Positions 53,853-64,000 of a stretch of 64,000 bases of DNA are shown one piece after another. The translations under genes were made by a program, and so were the position numbers. Position 1 is the first letter of the stretch, and every line of letters starts with the position of its first letter. This stretch comes from Eledone cirrhosa (lineage: Eukaryota), in assembly GCA_964016885.1 (NCBI GenBank), contig OZ024760.1, positions 29,388,001 to 29,452,000 on the forward strand, given 5' to 3'. The notes below the pieces were generated by a model. It was not told where the DNA came from. It saw nothing but the letters and a program-made list of their open reading frames with translations, and searched no databases.

Positions 53853-54108
53853 CTTGATCATATATTGATGTCTGATTTTTATTATTTTATTGATCTCTTT
53901 TTGTTGAATGGGACATAAATAAATACAGATATAGACACACATACATGCACTCACATACATACACACACTCACACACTCACACACACACATTCACACATAT
54001 ACACACTCACACATTCACACACTCACATATTCACATACACACACTCAGACATTCACACTCAAACACTCACATACACACTCACTAACTTACACAAACACAC
54101 ACAAAGCA

Positions 54109-54139
<31 letters not shown>

Positions 54140-54145
54140 GATGAG

Positions 54146-54437
54146 ATCATTTTATGTCCGCTTTTCCCTGCTTGCAAGGGTGGGATGGCAACTGATTCTG
54201 GCTTGATTTCTACAGCTGGATGCCCTTCCTAACAGCAACCTCATTTACAGTGAGTGCTGGGTGCTTTTTTGTCATGGCACCTCCACGACCACTTTGCAGT
54301 GGAATGATAGGGACCTCAGTCCTATCATCTCATTTCTACAGCTGAGTAAACTGGAGCAATGTGAAATAAAGTGTCTTGCTCAAGGAAACAACACATCACC
54401 CAGTCTGAGAATTGAACTCACAACCTTTCGATTGCAA
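54146..54437 (-). mobile_element. CORE-like SINE copy
   Basis: Nearly identical to 6960-7215. Confidence 0.8.
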
Positions 54438-54803
54438 TATATATATATATATTTACTCATTCCAAACCAGGCAATAAAGCCACTAAAATGCGAGGGGTTA
54501 GGGTTAGGTTTACTGAGAAAGGAAAAGAACAAGATAGTGAGAAGGTAATTCAAGGAGAAATATGATGATTGATGTTGTTTTTGAATTGTAAATGGTGAGG
54601 AAAACAAGAAACTAGGAGGGAATTCCAGAGAAGAGATGTGTGAGGGAAGAAACTATCAGAATAGAATTTGTGATTACATTTAGGAACATAAACTGTAAAT
54701 AGATGAGACCAAGCCACAAATTTAATGCTTCATTTGAAATACATGGCAACTAACCATATGTTTTCATCGGTACTCAAAGTTTCATGATGATATTTTATCT
54801 AAA

Positions 54804-54973
54804 TACCATATTTCCCGGTGTCGAAGATGCTACTTTTTTCCTAAAATAAGTCTCAAACATCTACCATGCGTCCTGGAGTTCGAAGGTTGTTTATTAAATT
54901 CTTTTCAAAGTTTTGGTTGTCCAAATTAGGGTGGGTCCTCGAGTACGAAGCGTCTTCCGCGCTTGGAAATACA
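54804..54973. mobile_element. Possible old pogo/Tigger-like MITE
   Basis: Imperfect TIRs TATTTCCCGGTGTCGAAGATGC / GCGTCTTCCGCGCTTGGAAATA. Confidence 0.4.
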
Positions 54974-55236
54974 ATAACCTGTTGACAGCCATGTATATTT
55001 TACACAGTTGCTGTGCCGGGTTTTTTTTTTTGGGGGGGGGGGGGGGGGTCAGTAAAATTACTATTTTGTTTGACAAATGTCACATCAATAAACTAGTAAC
55101 CCCATCTAGCTTTGATGTTATGAATTGTTGGAAAGGAGTTCAAACGTGTTTGGCGTCCTGTCCAGGGGAGTCTTGTACTCTCAGTCCCTTCATGCCATGA
55201 AACTGGGATAGGAACCGGCCTAACGAGCCTTCAAGC

Positions 55237-57111
55237 TTAACCCATTTACATTACTCTATATATACTATTGTATTTTCACAGTAAAGGCTTTATACCTCAC
55301 ATAATATCTTACATAACATTTACATTACTCTATATATACTATTGTATATTCACAGTAAAGTCTATACCTCACATAATATCTCACATAACATTTACATTAC
55401 TCTATATATACTATTGTATTTTCACAGTAAAGGCTTTACCTCACATAATATCTTACATAACATTTACATTACTCTATATATACTATTGTATTTTCACAGT
55501 AAAGGCTTTACCTCACATAATATCTCACATAACATTTACATTACTCTATATATACTATTGTATTTTCACAGTAAAAGCTTTACCTCACATAATATCTCAC
55601 ATAACATTTACATTACTCTATATATACTATTGTGTTTTCACAGTAAAGGCTTTACCTCACATAATATCTTACATAACATTTACATTACTCTATATATACT
55701 ATTGTATTGTCACAGTAAAGGCTTTACCTCACATAATATCTCACATAACATTTACATTACTCTATATATACTATTGTATTTTCACAGTAAAGGCTTTACC
55801 TCACATAATATCTCACATAACATTTACATTACTCTATATATACTATTGTATTTTCACAATAAAGGCTTTACCTCACATAATATCTCACATAACATTTACA
55901 TTACTCTATATTTACTATTGTATTTCCCCAGTAAAGGCTTTACCTCACATATCTCACATAACATTTATATTACTCTATATATAGTATTGTATTTCCCCAG
56001 TAAAGGCTTTACCTCACATAATATCTCACATAACATTTACATTACTCTATATATACTATCGTATTTTCACAGTAAAGGCTTTACCTCACATAATATCTCA
56101 CATAACATTTACATTACTCTATATATACTATTGTATTTTCACAATAAAGGCTTTACCTCACATAATATCTCACATAACATTTACATTACTCTATATTTAC
56201 TATTGTATTTCCCCAGTAAAGGCTTTACCTCACATATCTCACATAACATTTATATTACTCTATATATAGTATTGTATTTCCCCAGTAAAGGCTTTACCTC
56301 ACATAATATCTCACATAACATTTACATTACTCTATATATACTATCGTATTTTCACAGTAAAGGCTTTACCTCACATAATATCTCACATAACATTTACATT
56401 ACTTTATATATACTATTGTATGTTCACAGTATAGGCTTTACCTCACATAATATCTCACATAACATTTACATTACTCTATATATACTATTGTATTTTCACA
56501 GTAAAGGCTTTACCTCACATAATATCTCACATACCATTTACATTACTCTATATATACTATTGTATTTTCACAGTAAAGGCTTTACCTCACATAATATCTC
56601 ACATAATATTTATATTACTCTATATATACTATTGTATTTTCACAGTAAAGGCTTTACCTCACATAATATCTCACATAACATTTACATTACTCTATATATA
56701 CTATTGTATTTTCACAGTAAAGGCTTTACCTCACATAATATCTCACATACCATTTACATTACTCTATATATACTATTGTATTTTCACAGTAAAGGCTTTA
56801 CCTCACATAATATCTCACATAACATTTATATTACTCTATATATACTATTGTATTTTCACAGTAAAGGCTTTACCTCACATAATATCTCACATAACATTTA
56901 CATTACTCTATATATACTATTGTATTTTCACAGTATAGGCTTTATCTTACATAATTATCTCACATAATATCAAATCTACGAGATGTTGATGATGTTATTA
57001 TTTATTTTGAGAACAAAATATAAGTATGAGCAGCCAGTTACAGCCGGTTTGAACAGAAAGAGGTGAGAGAGTTCTGGCCGGATATGTCCAGTTTAAATGC
57101 TGAAGGGTTAA
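55237..57111 (+). mobile_element. Second TTAA MITE with 72-bp satellite expansion
   Basis: TTAACCC start, the same 72-bp unit (~24 copies), end TAAATGCTGAAGGGTTAA. Confidence 0.8.
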
Positions 57112-58313
57112 GATAGACTTTAGACATCTGCCTTAAGTACCACACAGAGGGTTTGAACTGAAAGCCATGTGGTTTCAAGATGTGCTCCTTAACACAGCCA
57201 TCTAGTTACATATGTAAATTCCACCATTCACAATCTCCGTATAGTAGAATGTTTTCCACAGAATTTGATGCCAAATATTTTGGAATTTTCCCAACATTTT
57301 TTATTAGTAGTTACTTATTTGTTGTTGTTGTTAGTGGTGGTGGTGGTGTTGCTGCTGTTGTTGATGTTGGTGGTGGTGTTGCTGCTGTTGTTGATGGTGG
57401 TAGTGTTGTTGTTGTTGATGGTGGTGTTGGTGTTGTTGATGGTGGTGTTGTTGTAGTTGGTAGTGGTGGTGATGGTGGTGGTGTTTGTGTTGTTGCTGTT
57501 GCTGTTGGTGGTGGTGTTGCTGCTGTTGTTGATGGTGGTGGTGGTGTTGTTGTTGATGGTGGTGTTGTTGATGGTGGTGTTGTTGTAGTTGGTAGTGGTG
57601 GTGATGGTGGTGGTGTTTGTGTTGTTGTTATTGTTGTTGTTGTTAGTGGTTGTGGTGGTGTTGCTGCTGTTGTTGATGGTGGTGGTGTTGCTGCTGTTGT
57701 TGATGGTGGTGTTGTTGTAGTTGGTAGTGGTGGTGATGGTGGTGGTGTTTGTGTTGTTGTTATTGTTGTTGTTGTTAGTGGTGGTGGTGGTGTTGCTGCT
57801 GTAGTTGATGGTGGTGGTGGTGTTGTTGATGGTGGTGTTGGTGTTGTTGATGGTGGTGTTGTTGTAGTTGGTAGTGGTGGTGATGGTGGTGGTGTTTGTG
57901 TTGTTGCTGCTGCTGTTGGTGGTGGTGGTGGTTTATTGTTATTTTAGTTGGTGGTGATGGTGGTGATGGTGGAGGTGTTGTTGTTGTAGATGGTGGTAGT
58001 GGTACTGGTGGTGTTTGTGTTGTTGTAATTGGTGGTAGTGGTGGTGGTGTTGTAGGTAGTGGTAGTGGTGTTGTTTGTGTTGCAGTTTTACTCCTCTTAA
58101 TAACTCCTATATGATAACCGAGCTATACTGCTCAAATGAAAACAGATGCTTTGAATCAACAACATAGTTAACTACAAGAATAAAGAAGTGAAAATGTCGA
58201 ACAATGTTTATATTTTGGTATCGTGAAGTGGCAGATCTGATAAAAGTATTCTGCAGAAGTTAGTGTCAGATCTTTATATTCTGCGTTCAAATTCTGCCAT
58301 AAAACATAAAACT

Positions 58314-58485
58314 TTAACCCTTTAGCATTTACATTACTCCACTTTTGTATTTTTGTGGTGAAGGCTTTATCTCGCATAATTATCTCACATAATGTTGGTA
58401 TAAGCAGCCAGTTATGGCTGGTTTGAATAGAAAGAGGTGAGAGAATTCTGTCTGGATACAGCCAGTTTAATTGCTAAAGAGTTAA
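58314..58485 (+). mobile_element. Unexpanded monomer of the TTAA MITE
   Basis: TTAACCCTTTAGCATTTACATTACTC...one unit...GAAAGAGGTGAGAGAATTCTG...TTGCTAAAGAGTTAA. Confidence 0.75.
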
Positions 58486-59532
58486 ACCATCAAGGTAGTA
58501 AATTCATGGAACTATTAGCACATTGAAAATTACTCTACAGGATTTAGTTTAGGATCTTTATACTCTGAGTTAAAATCCCGGCATATAACATGCTTATGAT
58601 TCAATTACTGTTTATACTCAAGTATAAACTGATACAAATATAAGCAGATTTCTCTATTTTATGTCTAAGAAATGGGAAATATTCAAACCTCTTATTTACG
58701 TATTTTGAAGTTGGTGAAAATCGACTTATTTTTTGGGTCACACACTCCTCAACTTGTATTCAATTATATATGGGAATTTTGGAAATATTCTAGAATTTAG
58801 AGGGATTTAATTAACTTTCTCATAATTAAGCTGGTGGTTAGGGCAGTAAGTCAACAGAATTGGTAAGAGGAAGCAATATTTTATTAAAGTCCAACAAGTT
58901 TTTTTAGGTATAAATTCCTTTGCTTTCTTTCTAAAGTAGGTTAAGCTTCATTAGGTGTGTATAAACTAGGTAATTATTGTGAGAATAAGGACTTCTAATC
59001 TTGGCACAAGGCCAGCAATTTGGGGCAGAAGAGAAAATCAATTACTGTATACACTTGTATATAAGTCCAGAAATATGTGATGAAAAGTTCGATATCATCA
59101 TCATCGTTTAATGTCCACCTTCCACGATAACATGGGTTAGACGGGTTTGTCCCATTTAGAGGCAAGTTGGGTCGGGTGACCGTGTCTTGCTCATACAGGA
59201 CAGTTTCTGGCTGGTTTTCTACTGCTGGATGCCCTTCCTAGCACCAACCACATTTACAGTGAGTGGCTGGGTGGTTTTTTTTTTGTGACACCTACACGAC
59301 CACTTTACAGTATGAGCTGGATGTTTTGTGGTACCAACATAACATATACATATATATATATATATATATACACATATATATCATGATAATGGTGTGTATA
59401 TGTATATATAGGTGTTAAGGTGCAAGTTGTGTCCATAGGTGGTATGGCAAATGAGCACTCGATGCTCTTGGGGAGCAGAGTATCAATGGTATTAATATAT
59501 AACGGAACTCAGACGTGAGTCTACATGTTAAA

Positions 59533-59624
59533 ACATATCTGAGGAGCTTTCAATTCCAGAGTCAGGTTCGATCATTAATAGATCATTCCTCGAGCTGATC
59601 GACAGTGAAACATATGTAATATGT
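59533..59624 (+). ncRNA. Type I hammerhead motif, intact, 61-nt stem II
   Basis: ACATAT-CTGAGGA-GCT...AGT-GAAA-CATATG-TA^-ATATGT. Confidence 0.75.
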
Positions 59625-59741
59625 AATTAAATATGTATATGCTGTAACACTGGTTCTTTGTTCCCTTATATATTAATACTATATATAGTGAAAGAATGAA
59701 GAGTAACATGGTTGGCTGTACAACAAGGGGCTTTATTTCAG

Positions 59742-59852
59742 GTATTAACAATTGTTTCGTTGATCAGGTGAGTCTAGAGGTCGCTAATCGCTTGAAGTTG
59801 CGTCACTCGATCTCCAATACATTGTTTACCTCTGACCAAATCCTCAGAATAC
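59742..59852 (-). ncRNA. Type I hammerhead motif, intact, 82-nt stem II, CAATTG family
   Basis: GTATT-CTGAGGA-TTTGGTCAG...CTGATCAAC-GAAA-CAATTG-TT^-AATAC. Confidence 0.8.
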
Positions 59853-60083
59853 AAATAATTCATACAAGGCAAGATATATATAGAGAAATAGCGTATAATT
59901 AAAACAATAACAGCAATAATAAAATATATATGATAAATAGGTAGAGAAGTTACAGATGTAAAAAGTAAAAAATAAGAAAAAAGATACAGTAAAAAAATAA
60001 GAAAATGGAAAATTAATAAAAATATAAAGAAATAAGGATAAGTGAGAGCATATAAGTACAGAATATGATAGTGGTGGTGGTGA

Positions 60084-60141
<58 letters not shown>

Positions 60142-60291
60142 ATGTTTCTCAAGACATTAAAGGTAGTCATTGAGGAAGATACAGAATTATCCGGTGAAGA
60201 ACTAAGACAGTTAATATTGGATTGTGTGAGATGGAAGGGTTTTATCATGTCACCAGGAAGAAGTGGATGAATTTAGTAGTTGTTGTAGCAC

Positions 60292-60344
<53 letters not shown>

Positions 60345-60694
60345 CCTCCTCCCCTCTACCAAATCTATAAGGAGTATAATGACATGTCTCTAACAAAACT
60401 AACTAACATCTGTAGGGGCATTGTTATAGTAATGGAGTCTGTTGTTAACTGGTTAGAGACATGGTAATGTTGGGGGGGTGGTTAAATATGGTGGTGTTGG
60501 AGGGGGGAGGTGTGTTGGTGGCAGCAGTGGCGGAGAGAAGATGGTGATAATGGGAAAGTAAATAAATATATATGTGTGTGTGTGTAAGATGGGAGAAGAG
60601 TATGTAGGTGTTATCTCCAAGACATCAATACCTTGATAAGAACATGTATGTACATGTATGTGTCTATATGTATGTGTGTGAGTGTAGGTACATG

Positions 60695-60731
<37 letters not shown>

Positions 60732-60872
60732 CCAAAGATTAATATGGTTCATTGATTACTCAATGAATATAGTTTTACAATAGATTAAAAGCACTCTACA
60801 ATGAAGTTTTCTGGAGTTATTAATATTATTCAAAATATTAATAAATGAAGACATTCACATCATCAAAATATG

Positions 60873-60934
60873 TTTTATTATATACATTTCAGAGGTACTG
60901 TGTTGTTTTTTCAGTACGTCCTCGTCAGATAAAA
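60873..60934 (-). ncRNA. Type I hammerhead motif, intact (left arm of the ~60830-61155 fold-back)
   Basis: TTTTAT-CTGACGA-GGACGTACTG..CAGTACCTCT-GAAA-TGTATA-TA^-ATAAAA. The right-arm twin at 61047-61108 (+) has CTGCCGA and GCAA. Confidence 0.75.
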
Positions 60935-61215
60935 TACATGAATTGATGTATGACATACCTCAACTGTCTTGATGGTTCAATTCCATTGCCAAAAGTGGAA
61001 TTGAACCTTCAAGTCCATTAAGGTATGTCATACATCAATTCATGTATTTTATCTGCCGAGGACGTTCTGAAAAAACAGCACAGTACCTTCGCAATATATA
61101 TAATAAAACATATATTTTGATTATGTGAATGTCTTTATTTATTAATATTTTGATTAATATATATATACATATATATATATATATAAGTAGTAACACAACA
61201 GTTAGTTCACCAAAG

Positions 61216-61254
61216 CGAGAACAATTGTTTCACCTTATGCAGATCTTCAGCTCG
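61216..61254 (-). ncRNA. Minimal type I hammerhead motif
   Basis: CGAG-CTGAAGA-TCTgcataAGGT-GAAA-CAATTG-TT^-CTCG. Confidence 0.7.
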
Positions 61255-61461
61255 GACTGGTTATGGTTATACGGAACAGGAAGAACAACCGTATGTATAT
61301 ATATATATATATAATAAGGGTTGACGGACCCAGCATATTTATCAATGCCAGTACCGGTTGTATCTCAGCGTACTCAATAGGCAATGTAAGATACATTACC
61401 AGAGTATACACATAGTTATTCACTTCAACACAACACACGTAAAACGGGTGCCTATAAGGTT

Positions 61462-61571
61462 CCCGGACTCGAGTTTCTGCCGCACTAATAGAGCAGTAAG
61501 GTGCACTGCACCATCTGTCTGCATATATTATGCAACAATGCACAATCGGCTAATGCGGCTTCATCAGCGGG
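61462..61571 (-). ncRNA. Type I hammerhead ribozyme motif, intact, 83-nt stem II
   Basis: CCCG-CTGATGA-A-GCCGCATTAG...TTAGTGCGGC-A-GAAA-CTCGAG-TC^-CGGG. Confidence 0.85.
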
Positions 61572-61854
61572 TATCGCCTAATCAATAACCAATCGATCGA
61601 CAGAATCCAAATACCGGCCCGTGCCGGTCAAGACTGTTTGTGACAACCAACACGGTAAAGCGATTAACTGGCAACCTATAGGACTCTATCTCTCAACTAG
61701 CCCCTGATTTACACATTTTACCTGGGGACAGGCAGCTAAAGAGAATCAATCTTTTAGTTCCTGTCAGAAGTTCTCAGCCAACGTCTCACACACAAATTAT
61801 CAAGGGGTGAAAAGATGGCTATTAGAAATAGCAGTTCACATTGATATAAAATAG

Positions 61855-61896
<42 letters not shown>

Positions 61897-62030
61897 TAGG
61901 AGAGGAGTATGTAGGTGTTGTTATCTCCAAGACATCAATACCTTGATAGCAAAATGTATGTATGTGTATGTGTCTATATATATATGTGTCTATATATGTG
62001 TGTGTGTGTGTGTGTGAGTTTGTGTGTGTG

Positions 62031-62113
<83 letters not shown>

Positions 62114-62225
62114 TGGGAGAGGAGTATGTAGGCGTTGTTATATCCAAGACATCAATACCTTGATAGCAAAATGTATTTTAGTGTATGTGTCTATATATAT
62201 GTGTGTGTGTGTGTATGTGAGTTTA

Positions 62226-62290
<65 letters not shown>

Positions 62291-63061
62291 ATATATATAT
62301 ATGTGTGTGTATGTGTATATGAAATATGTAGGTGTCATTGTGCACAAGAGATCAATACCTTCATTGGAACAACAGCCACAATCTATCAGGTGACTAAATG
62401 ATTAGGGATTGAGAAATTGGTTTTAAATAGTTGTTGTGTCGTTGTTGTTGCTGTTGTGTTGTTGCCATTGTTGTTGTGTTGTTGTCATTGTTGTTGTTGG
62501 TGGTGGTGTTGTTTCCATTGTTGTTGTTGGTGTTGTTGTTAGTGTTGTTTGTTATGGAGTTTATTGATTATTAGAGCAGAATTTGATGTAGTAATGAGAG
62601 AGGGAGAGAGAGAGAGCAAGGGGGGGGATGGACATTTATCCTATTATGTCCATTAAATAGAATTAAACATTCTAATCCCTTTAGCATAATCATCATCATC
62701 ATCATCATCATCGTCATCTTTCTCCTCCCTCCCTCTCCACCCCACTCGCCACCCTCTCTCTACTCTCCCTCCCTCCCTCCTACCCTCTCACCCTCCCTCT
62801 CCCCTACCTCCATATATACCATATATATACCATATATACCATCTATATATATATATATATATAACAAAGGAAATGTGGTAAGGAACCATAACGCACCAAA
62901 GTACTCAATACTTAGGGTAGTAGAGTGGGTAATAGGAACGAGTAGGACCCCGACGGCTGAGCTCAAGCCGTTTCGACGGCTAATTCTGGACTAAAAAACA
63001 TTTTTAGTCCAGAATTAGCCGTCGAAACGGCTTGAGCTCAACTGTCGGGGTCCTACTCGTT

Positions 63062-63097
<36 letters not shown>

Positions 63098-63455
63098 AAT
63101 ATGTATACGTACATACATATATGTATACAGACGTACAGTAGTATGTACATATATACATACATGCACACATATATATATGTACGTATGGGTTTAACGAACA
63201 TTTATCATAATGCTTGGTTTGTTTGTAAACAAACATCCCGAATTAAGCCGTACAGTGTTCGGCAACCATCGTTGCCTTTTTGTTCAACACTGACAAATGA
63301 AATAAAATGAAATTTCATTTCATTCTTTTCCATTTGTCGTTTTCGGTATGCTCGGCCGACTAACTCCCTTGATATGCAAATTAAGCCGCTCAGCCGTTAA
63401 TATGCATAAGGAAAGTATATACTTTCAAACGTTCAATCACCTGACAGGAAGGTAT

Positions 63456-63498
63456 ACGATGCTGACGATAGCTAATAAGCTTGAAACTAGTTCATTGT
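63456..63498 (+). ncRNA. Minimal type I hammerhead motif inside the ~63100-63705 fold-back element
   Basis: ACGATG-CTGACGA-TAGCTaataAGCTT-GAAA-CTAG-TT^-CATTGT. Confidence 0.8.
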
Positions 63499-63952
63499 TC
63501 CTTTGTCAGTGTTGAACAAAAGGGCAACGATGGTTGCCGAACACTGTACGGCTTAATTCGGGCTGTTTGTTTACAAACAAGGCGAACATTATGATAAATG
63601 TTCGGTAAACCCACACGTACATATATATATATGTGTGCATGTATGTATATATATACATACCACTGTACATCTGTATACATATATGTATGTACGTATACAT
63701 ACTTATATTTAAGTATCAGCCGTACTAAGAGTGAGAAATGAAATTTCATTTCATTCTTTTCCATATATATATATATATCATCATCATCATTTTATGTCCG
63801 CTTTTCCCTGCTTGCAAGGGTGGGACGGGAACTGATTCTGGCTTGATTTCTACAGCTGGATGCTCTTCCTAACACCAACCTCATTTGCAGTGAGTGGTGG
63901 GTGCTTTTTTTCTGTGGCACCTCCACGACCATTATATATATATATATATATA

Positions 63953-63993
<41 letters not shown>

Positions 63994-64000
63994 AGCAAAT

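Overview
Eukaryotic, AT-rich, repeat-saturated genomic DNA. The repeat repertoire (RTE LINEs and SINEs with (GAT)n tails, long (TA)n/(CAC)n tracts) suggests a coleoid cephalopod such as Octopus; this is inference. The only host-gene sequence I found is three phase-compatible + strand exons (3860-4056, 33387-33481, 43759-43825). They encode one PDZ domain of a multi-PDZ scaffold (MPDZ/PATJ family) split by introns of about 29 kb and 10 kb. Almost all long ORFs in the track are repeat artefacts. The introns hold RTE LINEs, CORE-like and other tRNA-derived SINEs, hAT and TTAA (piggyBac-like) MITEs, a mariner relic, an L1/Tx1 fragment, a probable Helitron, and many minisatellites grown out of these elements. 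The main unexpected signal is about 21 type I hammerhead-ribozyme motifs (stem I-CUGANGA-stem II-GAAA-stem III-UH-stem I'), 15 with an intact core, folded by eye. They sit in short non-coding fold-back or tandem elements embedded in (TA)n, resembling Penelope-like pseudo-LTRs or retrozymes. Many have palindromic stem III and unusually long (50-83 nt) stem II domains, and one tandem pair could release a 466-nt RNA monomer.
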